From contig BTVJ01000003.1 of the NCBI GenBank assembly GCA_045863395.1, forward strand, positions 1 to 64,000: 64,000 bases of DNA, in the 5' to 3' direction. A program made the position numbers and the translations under genes. The notes beneath the pieces were generated by a model. The model was not told the DNA's origin and made no database searches. It saw only the letters and a list, made by a program, of their open reading frames with translations. The DNA is from Myxococcales bacterium (GTDB lineage Bacteria; Myxococcota_A; UBA9042; JABWCM01; BTVJ01). Every line of letters starts with the position of its first letter. Positions within the stretch are counted from its first letter, which is position 1. Positions 25,469 to 36,133 of the stretch are shown one piece after another.

Positions 25469-27484
25469 TCAGTACCCCCGCATCTCGAACAGATCCAGCG
25501 CGCACTGGCGGCGCTCGGCCTTGGACGCCTTCTTGGTCGGGGCGGCGAGCAGCTTCTCTGCCTTCTTGCACTCCTTGGTGTCCGCGCCCTTGTAGTAGCA
25601 CACGTCCCGGGCCCACACGAGGCACGGGTCGCTGGGCGCTGGCGCCGCGGCCACGGGCGGCGACCACTCCGCAGGTGCGGGCTCGTAGGCGCGAGCCATG
25701 GTGAGGTACATGGCAGACGACATCAGGGGCGCGGCCATGGCGTACATGCCGAGCACGGAGCCGCTGGAGTAGACGGCGCCGTCCGCCTTGCGCCCATAGG
25801 GGGTCTCGGGGAAGCGCAGCGCCACCTGGCCGAGGGCGCGGAGGCCGTCCTCGACGGCGCCGGAGTAGACGAGGGCGAGGGCGGCCGTGTAGGCCCCCTC
25901 GGGCGTGGACTCAGGCGCGCCTGGCGCGAGCCGCAGCAAGCCAATCTCTCCCGTCAGCTCCATCTTCTGCCCGTCCAGGCGAAGCACGAGGGCGCTCTCC
26001 GTCGCCTGGTCGAGCCAGAGGGAGAGGACGTCGAAGAGGTCGATCCACCCGCTCGCCTCCTCGCTCACCATGCGCCGCACCACGCTGACCACGTCGTGAA
26101 GGCCGAAGAGCGCGTTGTCCACCGGGCTCCAGGCGAAGAGCGTCGCGGGCTGCGTCAGGTGGGCGCGGGCGAGGGGGCTCGTCACCGCCGCCAGCCCGAC
26201 ACCGTCCTTGGTGGCGGCGAGGGCCAGGCCCCGAGGGGTCAGCGCCACGACGAGCCGCCCCCCGACGAAACCCCAGCAGATGCGTGGCGCAAACCACGCG
26301 TCCCGTCCGTCGCCCTGGAACGTGGTCTCGAAGCCGGCGTCCACGGCGCGCGTCGTGACCGTGAGGTGCCGGTCGGCGTCCGCCAGCTCCAGCAGCTTGC
26401 GGACGGTCTTCTCCATGGCGCCGGCATCCCGCACGGACATCTCCAGGCGCATGTCCGACAGCCCGTGCGGTGTCACCACGCTGAGGTCGCCGAGCAGCAC
26501 GTCCAGCAGGTCGTCCTTCAGGTCGAAGCCCAGCTCTCTGCGGATCTCGGCGCGCAGCTCAGGCGCGAGCGCGCCGGTCTGCTCGAGGAGCGCGACGAGG
26601 CCGTCCGTCGGGATCAGGAGCCGCACGATGCCACCGCGCCCAGGCTTGAGGGCGCCGAGAACCGCGGTCTGGCGCGCCTCGTCGGAGAAACGCGGCTCGA
26701 GGTGCTTCAGGAACGGCTGGAGCGCCGAGCCCACGGACGCGCTCGCTGCATAGCGGATCCCCGAGCTCCCCACCTGAAATCGGGCCACGAGGTCGCCCAC
26801 GCTGGCGCCGAGCTGCCGGACGTCGTAGTCCTGGGTCGTGGCGGCCGCACCCGCGAAGTCCACCCAGAGCCCGACGTCGATGGCGTCTCCCTCATCGGGG
26901 AACCTCCCCGCCGCAGCAGCCTGCAGGAACGCGCCGGTCGCCACGAACTCCAGCGCCTGGTCGTCGGGCCCGAAGAACGCGAAGCCGTCGCGGACCGCGA
27001 ACGTCATGCGGTCCCACTCGTCGTCGCCGGTGAGCTCGTGGAACGTCGCGCCACCCTGGGACCGCTTCTTCGCCTTGGCCTTCGAGCGGAACATGCGCCC
27101 GGCCATGTCCGCGGTGGTATCTGCGAACGCCTTCTCCCCCGAGACGGCGACGGCGAAGACCGGCTGGCGCTGTCCCCCAGGCAGGCGATACATGGCGGCG
27201 CCCCGGCTCAGGTCCAGGCCCGCCGCGCCAAGCGCCTTCCTGTCGAGCAGATCGATGCCCACCTCGCGCTTCGACGTCTCCGCCAGCCAGCGGAACCCCT
27301 CGTCGCCGAGGCCCACGGCGCGCAGGGTGGCGCGCAGCTCGTCGATGGCCCCCAGCGCCGAGTCCAGGTTGCGGACGTAGGCGATCAGGTGCGCGTCGTC
27401 CGGCGCGACGTCGAAGACCGTGGGCTGTGCCGCCCGTGCGGGAGCGGACAGTACGAGGGCGAGGAGCAGCGAGCGGAACCACAT
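25469..27484 (-). CDS. Secreted hypothetical protein, DUF3352-like, with a C-terminal TPR-like hairpin and small Cys domain (671 aa)
   Basis: Signal peptide MWFRSLLLALVLSAPARA; ELGFDLKDDLLDVLLGD pattern; ALRFPETPYG; terminal CLVWARDVC...ECKK...QC. Confidence 0.6.
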   Translation of the reverse strand: MWFRSLLLALVLSAPARAAQPTVFDVAPDDAHLIAYVRNLDSALGAIDELRATLRAVGLGDEGFRWLAETSKREVGIDLLDRKALGAAGLDLSRGAAMYRLPGGQRQPVFAVAVSGEKAFADTTADMAGRMFRSKAKAKKRSQGGATFHELTGDDEWDRMTFAVRDGFAFFGPDDQALEFVATGAFLQAAAAGRFPDEGDAIDVGLWVDFAGAAATTQDYDVRQLGASVGDLVARFQVGSSGIRYAASASVGSALQPFLKHLEPRFSDEARQTAVLGALKPGRGGIVRLLIPTDGLVALLEQTGALAPELRAEIRRELGFDLKDDLLDVLLGDLSVVTPHGLSDMRLEMSVRDAGAMEKTVRKLLELADADRHLTVTTRAVDAGFETTFQGDGRDAWFAPRICWGFVGGRLVVALTPRGLALAATKDGVGLAAVTSPLARAHLTQPATLFAWSPVDNALFGLHDVVSVVRRMVSEEASGWIDLFDVLSLWLDQATESALVLRLDGQKMELTGEIGLLRLAPGAPESTPEGAYTAALALVYSGAVEDGLRALGQVALRFPETPYGRKADGAVYSSGSVLGMYAMAAPLMSSAMYLTMARAYEPAPAEWSPPVAAAPAPSDPCLVWARDVCYYKGADTKECKKAEKLLAAPTKKASKAERRQCALDLFEMRGY

Positions 27485-27599
27485 GGCGGGCCTCCGTGAT
27501 GGCGGTCTTGGTTCTAGCAGGTCGAAGGGGACGGCGCCAGAGGGGCGCAGGGACGGAGTCTCGCCGAGCGGCGGGGCGCGCGGCAGGGCCTCTCGCGGA

Positions 27600-28685
27600 T
27601 CAGGGAGCCTTGCACTCGTTCTTCTTCGTGGCGTTGTTGTAGCCGCACTTCTTGCCGACGGCGTCACAGTCCTCGACGCTGACCGCCCCCTCGCTGCAGA
27701 AGTAGTTCTTGTTGTTGATGCACTTGCCCACGATGGTCAGTGTGCCGCAGGCGCCGCCCACCTGGGGGACGCACTGGAAGGTCTCGCAGCTCCACCCCTC
27801 GAAGCACCCGCTCCCGCAGGACCCGCCGCACCCGTCGGCGCCGCACTGCTTGCCCGTACAGTCCGGCTCGCAGTCGGGGGGCTTCTCGCAGCCGTAGGCC
27901 TGGACGTTCTTGATCCAGGTGCAGGCGAAGATCGGGCTCACCTTCTGGCAGTTCGTCTCGACGATCTTCCCGTCCTTGCACTCCTGGAGCGTGTAGTAGT
28001 CCTTGCAGGCGTTGGCCTCCCCGATGTCGTCGCAGGGGTTGTCCACGCACTGCCCCACGTCGATGTCACAGAGCTTGGTTCCCGGGCACTTGCCGCACTG
28101 TCCGCCGCACTTGTCGGGGCCGCAGACCTTTCCGTCGCACAGGGGCTTGCAGTCCGAGGGGTAGCACTGTCCGTCCTCGCCGCAGGCGAAGTTGGCCGCG
28201 CAGTCGCCGCACACGCCATCGCAGCCGTCCGGGCCGCACACCTTGCCCTTGCACGGCGTCACCGGATCACAGATGGGCTTGCACGCGGTGCCATCCGCGG
28301 TGCACGCGTTACCCACGGTGCAGAACCCGCAGATGTTGCCGCAGCCGTCGGGGCCGCAGACCTTGCCGTCACACTGCGGGACGCACTCCGCGTCGGGGTC
28401 CCAGCCGCCGATGTCGATGTCCTTGTCGCCGGTGCCGCCGCCCGTGTCGGTGGGGCCTGCGTCGGCGCCCGCGTCCAGGCCGCTGGGAGTGTCGTCCGCT
28501 GCCCCGAGGTCGGGGTTCCCCGCGTCGGGGGTCGTAACCACGTCCACCCCGCCGCTGAACACGTCGGGCAGGCCCGAGCCGTACTTGACCTGCTCCTCCG
28601 GGCCGCCGTCGTCGCCGGAGTCGCAGCCAAGGGGTACGAGCGCGGACAGGCAGAACGGGATCATCAGGATCGTCAAGTGCTTCAT
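27600..28685 (-). CDS. Cys-rich lipoprotein with CxGKxCGPDGCGGxCG repeats (361 aa)
   Basis: Lipobox PLGC, acidic D/G linker and four C.GK.CG.D.C.G.CG units. Confidence 0.85.
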   Translation of the reverse strand: MKHLTILMIPFCLSALVPLGCDSGDDGGPEEQVKYGSGLPDVFSGGVDVVTTPDAGNPDLGAADDTPSGLDAGADAGPTDTGGGTGDKDIDIGGWDPDAECVPQCDGKVCGPDGCGNICGFCTVGNACTADGTACKPICDPVTPCKGKVCGPDGCDGVCGDCAANFACGEDGQCYPSDCKPLCDGKVCGPDKCGGQCGKCPGTKLCDIDVGQCVDNPCDDIGEANACKDYYTLQECKDGKIVETNCQKVSPIFACTWIKNVQAYGCEKPPDCEPDCTGKQCGADGCGGSCGSGCFEGWSCETFQCVPQVGGACGTLTIVGKCINNKNYFCSEGAVSVEDCDAVGKKCGYNNATKKNECKAP

Positions 28686-28854
28686 GGTCGCGCATGGTAC
28701 GTGAGGGCGGCGGCCCGTTCAACGGTCGGTACGTTGTCCAACATCGGAGTGGACCCGGCACGACGGAGCCCTCTATACTGCGCGGGACTCCGTGTGCACA
28801 CCACAGCACGCCGAAACCACCCTGGCGAGGGCAAGAGGCCCCGGGAGCGAAGCC

Positions 28855-31800
28855 ATGACGACGCACATCACGCGCGCGCGCCACGTCGCACCCCTCGGCC
28901 TGGTCGTCGCGCTGCTCGCGATCCACGGCTGCTCCGATGGCGCCGTGGGTGGGGAGGGCGAGGGTGGCTCGGGGGCAGGCGACGCGGGGGCCCTCGGCAA
29001 CGCCGACGGCGCGCCGGGCGCGCCCATCGGCAAGGACACCGGCCAGCCGAAGCCCATCGCGAGCGTAGAGACCCTGGTCAGCCCCCAGCACGTGCAGGCC
29101 GGCGCGCAGACCACGGTCACCTGCGTCGCCCTCGATGCAGACGCCGCGCCCATCGTAGGGGCCCCTACAATCTTCCACGTGCAGGGGGCGGGCCCCTTCC
29201 ACATCGTCGAGAACCACGTCTCCTTCGAGCTGGTCGGCAGCTACCAGGCGACGTGCGGGTCGGCGGACGGCATCCACGTGGACGCGACGCCCGCGCAGAT
29301 CCAGGTCATCCCAGGGGACGGCGTGGTGGTGCAGACCACACTGTCCGACCACGAGGTCACCGCAGGCGACACGGTGCTCGTGACCTGCGAGGTGCACGAC
29401 AAGTTCGGCAACCTCGCCCCCGACGCCCCGACCCAGATCTTTGCCACCCCGGGCACGGGCTGGGCGCCGTTCGGCATGAAGATGAAGACCCTCAAGGCGG
29501 GCAGCTACGAGGTGGCCTGCCGCGTGACGGACACCGGGGTCGTCGACGCGACGCCTGAGAAGCTGCTCGTCAAGGTCGGAATGCCCCGCAAGATCGTCAC
29601 GACCTTGGAGCCGGAGATCATCCAGGCCGGAGGAAAGTCCAAGGTCACCTGCACGGCGGTGGACGCCTACGACAACCCGGTTGCCGGGTTCCCCACCTCC
29701 CTCAAGCTGCCCGCGGCGCTGACCCTCCAGGGCTTGTCGCTCACGACCATCGTGGCGGGCAACTACGGGGTGAAGTGCGTGCCGGAGACCGACGCGTGGG
29801 ACCTCTACGAGCTCAAGGACGCGGTGCTCCAGGTGCTGCCCGGCGACCCGCACGAGCTCTATATCCAGCAGGTGCCGGCCAAGCCCGTCTACCGCAAGAA
29901 CGACCCGATGAACCTGCTCATCCAGGTGCTGGACGAGTACGCGAACATCATCCCCGACGCGTCCATCCTGCCCATCGGCATCACGCCTCCGAGTGGCGTG
30001 AAGGTCGTCAATCCGACGAGCTTCACTTTCAAAGAGGAGGGCAAGTTCATCTTCCACATCGAGGTGATGGACTGGCCCAAGGTGGCGGAGGACCTCGTCA
30101 TCCTCGTCGACGGGCAGGGGCCGACGCTGGTGATCGAGCAGCCGGCCCGGGGCGCGACGCTGACTGGGAAACCTGCCGTCAACGTGACCGGGCAGGCGGC
30201 TGACGACGTGGCGGGCGTCACCTCGCTGCTCGTCAACGGTGACACGGTGGATGTGAAGGGGGACGGGTCGTTCACCCACATCCTACTGGCCCACCAGGGA
30301 ATGAACCCCATCGTCGCCGAGGCGATGGACCTGGGCGGCAAGCTCAGCCACGCGACGCGGGCGTTCACCTGGTCGCCGAGCTGGTACGACATCGACGCAT
30401 CCAAGCCCGACAGCGGGCGGGTGCCCGGGGGCCTGCAGATCTGGCTCGGCAAGACCTTCATCGACGACGGCGTCCACGACCCCATGGACCCGGACGATCT
30501 GGCGACGATGATCGAGAAGGTGGTGTCGTCGCTGGATCTATCGTCCGTGGTGCCCAGCCCCGCGGTCTCGAGTGGGCCCTACAAGGTCTACCTCAAGAAC
30601 CTGGCCTTCTTCCCGCCCAAGGTGGCGCTCACGCCCTTCGACGGGGGGATCCGCACCGGCGTGGTCATCAACGAGTTCAAGGTGAAGGTGGAGGCCATCG
30701 GGAGCTGCAAGATCCTGTTCATCGACGTCTGTCCAGACGTGAAGGGCTGGGTGAAGGCCAAGTCGATCACCATCGACGCGGACGTCCTCGCCAGCGCGAA
30801 GAACGGCCAGGCCGACGTGAAGCTCGGCGCGACCAAGGTCAAGATCAACGGCCTCGACGTGGACATCGAGGGAATCCTCGGGAGCCTCTTCGACTTCCTC
30901 GTCGACTGGTTCGTGGACAGCTTCACGGGGCAGATCGAGAAGACCTTCGAGAGCCAGCTCGGAGACATGGTGTCTGGCATGGTCGGGGGGCTCTTCGAGA
31001 GCCTGGCCCTCAACGAGACCTTCGAGGTGGAGCCCTTCCTGGGAGGTGGCGACCCCGTGACTCTCCAGATCACCACCAAGATCGGGGAGCTGACGTTCTC
31101 GCCCAAGGGCGGCCTCATCGCCATGGACGCGAACATCATCACGTCCAAGAAGACGGCGCAGAGCCCGCTCGGCTCCATCGCGCGGGCCAACTGCGGCAAG
31201 GCGAAGCAGGAGTTCTTCGAGCTGGACAAGGACCGCGAGATCGGCCTCGCCATCCACGACGACCTGATCAACCAGGCCCTGTTCAGCGTGTGGTGGGGCG
31301 CGCTGCTCGACGGCGCGGTGGACCCGTCCATGCTGGGCGACCTCGGTGGGTTGCAGGACATGGGCATCAAGGATCTCTCCATCAAGACCTTGCTCTTCGC
31401 GGCGCCGCTCCTGACGTCCTGCAACCCGGGGCAGCAGCTCAAGCTCCAACTGCCGGACGCCTACATCGAGATCGGGTTGAATATGGCCGGGGTCGCCCTG
31501 GATCTCGGCGTGTTCGTCTCCCTGGAGCTGGAGGCGGCCGTCCAGATGGTGCAGACGGCGGTCGACAAGCAGATTGGCCTCTCCATCGGGGACTTGACGC
31601 TGTTCAATCTCGAGATCGTGTCCATCAACCCGGGCTGGGAGGAGGCGATCCCCGACCTGGAGAAGCTGTTCAAAGAGAAGCTGCTCGAGGCGGTCGAAGG
31701 GGGCCTCGGAGAGCAGGCCCTGCCGACCTTCCCAATCCCGGAGATCGATCTCTCGACCCTGGACCCCTCCATCCCGCCGGGGACGGCCCTGAACCTCATC

Positions 31801-31857
31801 CTGAACGACCTGATTCGCGACGCCGGCTACACGTCGATCAACGGCGAGGTCGACTGA
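28855..31857 (+). CDS. Lipoprotein with tandem Ig-like domains and a C-terminal BPI/LBP (TULIP)-like region (1000 aa)
   Basis: Lipobox IHGC. Repeats VTC.x.D.(F/Y)GN/DN. Big/glucodextranase-like domain GPTLVIEQP...VTG..DD..GV. C-terminal IGLAIHDDLINQALFSVWWGALL. Confidence 0.7.
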   Translation: MTTHITRARHVAPLGLVVALLAIHGCSDGAVGGEGEGGSGAGDAGALGNADGAPGAPIGKDTGQPKPIASVETLVSPQHVQAGAQTTVTCVALDADAAPIVGAPTIFHVQGAGPFHIVENHVSFELVGSYQATCGSADGIHVDATPAQIQVIPGDGVVVQTTLSDHEVTAGDTVLVTCEVHDKFGNLAPDAPTQIFATPGTGWAPFGMKMKTLKAGSYEVACRVTDTGVVDATPEKLLVKVGMPRKIVTTLEPEIIQAGGKSKVTCTAVDAYDNPVAGFPTSLKLPAALTLQGLSLTTIVAGNYGVKCVPETDAWDLYELKDAVLQVLPGDPHELYIQQVPAKPVYRKNDPMNLLIQVLDEYANIIPDASILPIGITPPSGVKVVNPTSFTFKEEGKFIFHIEVMDWPKVAEDLVILVDGQGPTLVIEQPARGATLTGKPAVNVTGQAADDVAGVTSLLVNGDTVDVKGDGSFTHILLAHQGMNPIVAEAMDLGGKLSHATRAFTWSPSWYDIDASKPDSGRVPGGLQIWLGKTFIDDGVHDPMDPDDLATMIEKVVSSLDLSSVVPSPAVSSGPYKVYLKNLAFFPPKVALTPFDGGIRTGVVINEFKVKVEAIGSCKILFIDVCPDVKGWVKAKSITIDADVLASAKNGQADVKLGATKVKINGLDVDIEGILGSLFDFLVDWFVDSFTGQIEKTFESQLGDMVSGMVGGLFESLALNETFEVEPFLGGGDPVTLQITTKIGELTFSPKGGLIAMDANIITSKKTAQSPLGSIARANCGKAKQEFFELDKDREIGLAIHDDLINQALFSVWWGALLDGAVDPSMLGDLGGLQDMGIKDLSIKTLLFAAPLLTSCNPGQQLKLQLPDAYIEIGLNMAGVALDLGVFVSLELEAAVQMVQTAVDKQIGLSIGDLTLFNLEIVSINPGWEEAIPDLEKLFKEKLLEAVEGGLGEQALPTFPIPEIDLSTLDPSIPPGTALNLILNDLIRDAGYTSINGEVD

Positions 31858-31921
31858 TCGGCCCCCGCAAACACACGAGGACCCCTTGAGCCCTGCAAAG
31901 ACGATGACACGGAGCTTCCCG

Positions 31922-33988
31922 ATGATGCGTATCTCATCCGCCGCGGCCCTGCTCGCAGTGGGCCTGAGCGCGGCCTGCGGTACGGACGAGGTCACCCCCG
32001 GCGAGGTGGGCTTCGGCAAGGATACCACCGGTGACCAGGACTTCATCTCCTTCCCGATGGATACCGGGAGTGGGGTTGTGGACACGGGCTCGGGCGTAGA
32101 CGACGTCTGGACCCCCAGCGGTGACGGAGATGGCTCGGGGATGGACGGCCTCGCGGATGAGGACACGGGGCCGGCCCCCGGCGAGTTTGGATACCCTTGC
32201 ACGGGCAACAACCAGTGCCTGAGCGGCTTCTGCGTCTTCAGCGAGAAGGGGCAGGTGTGCACGCAGGAGTGTGTCGAGGAGTGCCCGGGCGGCTGGTCGT
32301 GCATCCCCGTCCAGAGCACGGGGACGGACCTCACCTACGTGTGCCTGTCGCGATTCCAGAACCTGTGCCGGCCTTGCGGCGCGGACTCCGACTGCAACGA
32401 GGACTTCGAGCTGGGCGTCAACGCCTGCATCGACTTCGGCGGCGACGGGAGCTTCTGCGGCGTGGCCTGCCAGGGCAACGAGGACTGCCGGGATGGCTAC
32501 TCCTGCCAGGACGTCAAGCTGGAGAGCGGGGCAGTCACGAAGCAGTGCGTGCCGTCGTCCGGAGAGTGCGAGTGCGCGCCCCTGTTCGTGCAGCAGCAGG
32601 CCAAGACCACGTGCTTCCACGAGAACACCTTCGGTCACTGTGACGGCCAGCGGGTCTGCGGTCCCGACGGGCTGACCGCCTGCTCGGCCGGCGTGCCCGC
32701 CAAGGAGGTCTGCAACGGCAAGGACGACAACTGCGACGGCAAGATCGACCCGCCGGGCGCCTCGGGGTGCATCGACTGGTTCCTGGACATCGACGGCGAC
32801 GGGTATGGCATCGGCGTGCCCAAGTGCGAGTGCGAGTCTCCAGGGCCCGGCTACGTGGACAAAGGCGGTGACTGCAACGACTCCAACACGGGTGTGAGCC
32901 CCAAGGCGGAGGAGGCGTGCAACGGCATCGACGACAACTGCGACGGCAAGATCGACGAGGACGGCTCCATCGGGTGCAGCACGTATGCGACGGACAAGGA
33001 CGGAGACGGGTTCGGGTCCAACACGGAGACCGTCTGTCTGTGCACCTTTGGTCCTGGCGTCTCTCTGACCAAGGGAGACTGTGACGACAACGACGCCAAC
33101 GTGAAGCCGGGTGTGCCGGACGAGTGCGACGGCGTGGACAACAACTGTGACGGGCAGGTAGACGAGGAGAACGCCGGCGAGTGCGTCCCCTACTACCTGG
33201 ACCAGGACGGCGACGGGTACGGGCTCGCCGACAAGGTCAAGTGCCTCTGTGGCCCGCAGGACCAGTACACCACGCAGGACGCCGGGGACTGCAACGACAA
33301 CGACTCGAAGATCGCGCCGTTCAAGCCCGAGATCTGCGACGGCAAGGACAACGACTGCGACGGGGAGACCGACGAGGGGAACGCCCTGGAGATGTGCGGG
33401 ACGGTCAAGAACGGCGCGGCGGCGTGCGTGGCAGGGGCCTGCGTCGTCGGAAAGTGCGACGGCGGCTACTATGACATCGACTTCGACATCCAGACCGGGT
33501 GCGAGTGCAAGGCCAACATTGTCGAAAACAGCGGCCCGACCTGCGAAAAGGCCGTGGACCTGGGGACCCTCACCGACAAGGGCATCACGCTGGCTCCCAA
33601 CGTGCAGGGCAACGCGGTCTATTCGGATGAGTCAGACTGGTACGTCTTCAAGGGGACGGACGGCCCGGACGCGGCGGGCTGCGACAGCTACCACGTGCGC
33701 GTGCGCTTCCTGAACAACCCGCTGAACGCCTACACCTTCGACGTCTACCGCGGGAGCTGCGCCGCCGCCAACCAGCTCTGCAAGCAGGGCTCCGACTTCC
33801 AGTGGTTCACGGACTTCCTGGAGGGGGACAAGGGCGAGTGCAAGTGCGCCGGGATCGACCAGACGGCGGAGGATGTCCACGTCTGCACCGACAACACGTC
33901 GCTCTACTTCGTGCGGGTCTACCGCCACCCGGACGTGCCACCGAGCTGTGACGGCTACACCATCGAGATCACCAACGGCGTGTACTGA
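31922..33988 (+). CDS. Cys-rich lipoprotein with MopE-like putative metal-binding repeats (688 aa)
   Basis: Lipobox SAAC; repeats D.DGDG(Y/F)G...GDCND...P...E.C(N/D)G.D(D/N)(N/D)CDG..DE; C-terminal DWY.F domain. Confidence 0.87.
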   Translation: MMRISSAAALLAVGLSAACGTDEVTPGEVGFGKDTTGDQDFISFPMDTGSGVVDTGSGVDDVWTPSGDGDGSGMDGLADEDTGPAPGEFGYPCTGNNQCLSGFCVFSEKGQVCTQECVEECPGGWSCIPVQSTGTDLTYVCLSRFQNLCRPCGADSDCNEDFELGVNACIDFGGDGSFCGVACQGNEDCRDGYSCQDVKLESGAVTKQCVPSSGECECAPLFVQQQAKTTCFHENTFGHCDGQRVCGPDGLTACSAGVPAKEVCNGKDDNCDGKIDPPGASGCIDWFLDIDGDGYGIGVPKCECESPGPGYVDKGGDCNDSNTGVSPKAEEACNGIDDNCDGKIDEDGSIGCSTYATDKDGDGFGSNTETVCLCTFGPGVSLTKGDCDDNDANVKPGVPDECDGVDNNCDGQVDEENAGECVPYYLDQDGDGYGLADKVKCLCGPQDQYTTQDAGDCNDNDSKIAPFKPEICDGKDNDCDGETDEGNALEMCGTVKNGAAACVAGACVVGKCDGGYYDIDFDIQTGCECKANIVENSGPTCEKAVDLGTLTDKGITLAPNVQGNAVYSDESDWYVFKGTDGPDAAGCDSYHVRVRFLNNPLNAYTFDVYRGSCAAANQLCKQGSDFQWFTDFLEGDKGECKCAGIDQTAEDVHVCTDNTSLYFVRVYRHPDVPPSCDGYTIEITNGVY

Positions 33989-34038
33989 GATTGGGGGCCG
34001 CCCCCCGGCCCTCCGCTCCATGCCGCGGCACGCTCCCG

Positions 34039-36036
34039 CTACTCTCCCCGCAGCGCCCGATCCGCGGCCTCGGCCACCTGGGCGGCCGTGAAGCCCAGCT
34101 TCTCGGCGATGACCTCCGCGGGGGCCGAGTGGCCGAAGGTCTCGATGGTGACGTAGCTCCCACTGGACCCCGCCCACCGCTCCCACCCCATGCGGACGCC
34201 GGCCTCGACGACCACGCGGACCGGCACGTCCGCGGGGAGCACCTGCGCCTGGTAATCCCGAGACTGAGCGGCGAACAGCTCCCAGGACGGGAAGCTGACG
34301 ACACGCGCAGCGACTCCCCGCTCGGCGAGCAGCGCCGCGGCACCCACCGCCACGTGCAGCTCGCTCCCCGTCGCGAGGAGCAGCAGATCCGGGCGGCGCG
34401 GCGTGTCGACCAGCACGTAGGCGCCTCGCGCGACGCCCTCGCGAGCACGCTCCGCGGTCCCCTCCAGGGTCGGCACCTTCTGCCGGGTCAGCGCCAGCGC
34501 CGACGGCCCGTGCTCGTTGCCCAGGGCGACCGCCCACGCGGCGGCGACCTCGTTGGCGTCACCGGGGCGCAGCACCGTGAGCCCGGGGATGCACCGGAGC
34601 GCAGCCAGGTGCTCGACGGGCTGGTGCGTCGGGCCGTCCTCGCCCAGGAACACGCTGTCGTGGGTCAGGATGTGGATGACCCGCTGGCGCATCAGGGCAG
34701 AGAGCCGAATGGCGCCGCGCATGTAGTCGCTGAACACCAGGAAGGTCGCGTCGTAGGGGATCACGCCCCCGTGCAGCGCCAGGCCGTTGCAGATGGCCCC
34801 CATGCCGTGCTCGCGCACCCCGAAGTGCAGGTTGCGGCCCCCGAAGGAGCGCCGCTGGACGGAGCCGCCGCCCTTGATGTCCGTGTTGTTGGAGCCGGCC
34901 AGATCCGCCGAGCCCCCGAGGAGCGCTGGCAGGACCGGGGCGAGGGCGTTGATCACCTGGCCGCTCGCCTCGCGGGTTGCGAGCTTGGTTCCCTCCGCAA
35001 AGGAGGGCAGGGCGGAGGTCCACCCCTCGGGGAGCCTCCCCTGCATCTGCTGCTGGAGCTGGGCGGCCAGCGCGGGGTGGCTGTCCGCGTAGTCGGCGAA
35101 GCGGCGCCGCCACGAGGCGTGGGTCTCCGCCCAGCCCTTGCGCAGCCCATCGAAGCCTTTGCGGATGGCGTCCGGGACATGGAACCGGGGCTCCTGCGGC
35201 CACCCGAGGCGGTCCTTGGTGAGCGCGATCTCCGCGTCCCCGAGCGGCGAGCCGTGGCAGGAGGACGTGTCCTGCTTGTTGGGGGAGCCGAAGCCGATGT
35301 GGGTCTTGCAGCACAGCAGGCTCGGGCGGTCCGTGACATCCCGAGCCGCGGCGATGGCCGCCTCGATGGCGGCGTGATCGTGGCCGTTGACGTGCTGCAC
35401 GTGCCAGCCGTAGGCGTAGAAGCGGGTCGCCACGTCCTCGGAGAACGCGAGGTCCGTCTTGCCGTCGATGGTGATGCCGTTGTCGTCGTAGAGCACGATC
35501 AGGCGGCCCAGGCCCAGGTGGCCTGCCAGGGAGCACGCCTCGCTGGCCACCCCCTCCATCAGGTCGCCGTCGCCCGCGATGACCCAGGTGTGGTGGCCGA
35601 CGACTTCGTGGTCGGGGCGGTTGAAGCGCTCGGCGAGCCACCGCTCGGCCAGCGCCATGCCCACCGCATTGGAGATACCCTGGCCGAGAGGGCCCGTCGT
35701 GGTCTCGATGGCGCGCGACAGGTGGGACTCCGGGTGCCCCGCCGTGCGCGACCCCCACTGGCGGAAGCGTTGGAGCTCCTCCATGGGGAAGTCCTCGTAA
35801 CCGCTCAGGTGCAAGAGCCCGTAGAGCAGCATGGAGCCGTGCCCCGCGGAGAGGACGAACCGGTCCCGATCCAGCCACGCCGGATCGGCTGGGTCATGCT
35901 TCAAGAAGCCGGTCCACAGGACGGCGGCCACGTCCGCCATGCCCATGGGCATGCCCGGGTGGCCGCTGTTGGCCTTCTGGACCCCGTCCATGGCCAGTCC
36001 GCGCAGGGTGTTCGCAAGCAGGTGCCGGTCGATCAT
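34039..36036 (-). CDS. tkt: Transketolase (665 aa)
   Basis: [59 protein letters not shown]. Confidence 0.98.
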   Translation of the reverse strand: MIDRHLLANTLRGLAMDGVQKANSGHPGMPMGMADVAAVLWTGFLKHDPADPAWLDRDRFVLSAGHGSMLLYGLLHLSGYEDFPMEELQRFRQWGSRTAGHPESHLSRAIETTTGPLGQGISNAVGMALAERWLAERFNRPDHEVVGHHTWVIAGDGDLMEGVASEACSLAGHLGLGRLIVLYDDNGITIDGKTDLAFSEDVATRFYAYGWHVQHVNGHDHAAIEAAIAAARDVTDRPSLLCCKTHIGFGSPNKQDTSSCHGSPLGDAEIALTKDRLGWPQEPRFHVPDAIRKGFDGLRKGWAETHASWRRRFADYADSHPALAAQLQQQMQGRLPEGWTSALPSFAEGTKLATREASGQVINALAPVLPALLGGSADLAGSNNTDIKGGGSVQRRSFGGRNLHFGVREHGMGAICNGLALHGGVIPYDATFLVFSDYMRGAIRLSALMRQRVIHILTHDSVFLGEDGPTHQPVEHLAALRCIPGLTVLRPGDANEVAAAWAVALGNEHGPSALALTRQKVPTLEGTAERAREGVARGAYVLVDTPRRPDLLLLATGSELHVAVGAAALLAERGVAARVVSFPSWELFAAQSRDYQAQVLPADVPVRVVVEAGVRMGWERWAGSSGSYVTIETFGHSAPAEVIAEKLGFTAAQVAEAADRALRGE

Positions 36037-36133
36037 CGCGTCCTCGCTCTCTCGCCGTGGGAGCTGGTTGTCGCGCGTATGCGCGGTCGCAGGAGTATCA
36101 CCGGAGCCGGGGGTGGGACAAGCGGGAATGCGC

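Noticed and set aside
33993..34015. GC hairpin between convergent genes as an intrinsic terminator
   Set aside because: The stem is short (GGGCCG/CGGCCC) with no U-tract on either strand, which is expected by chance at this GC content.
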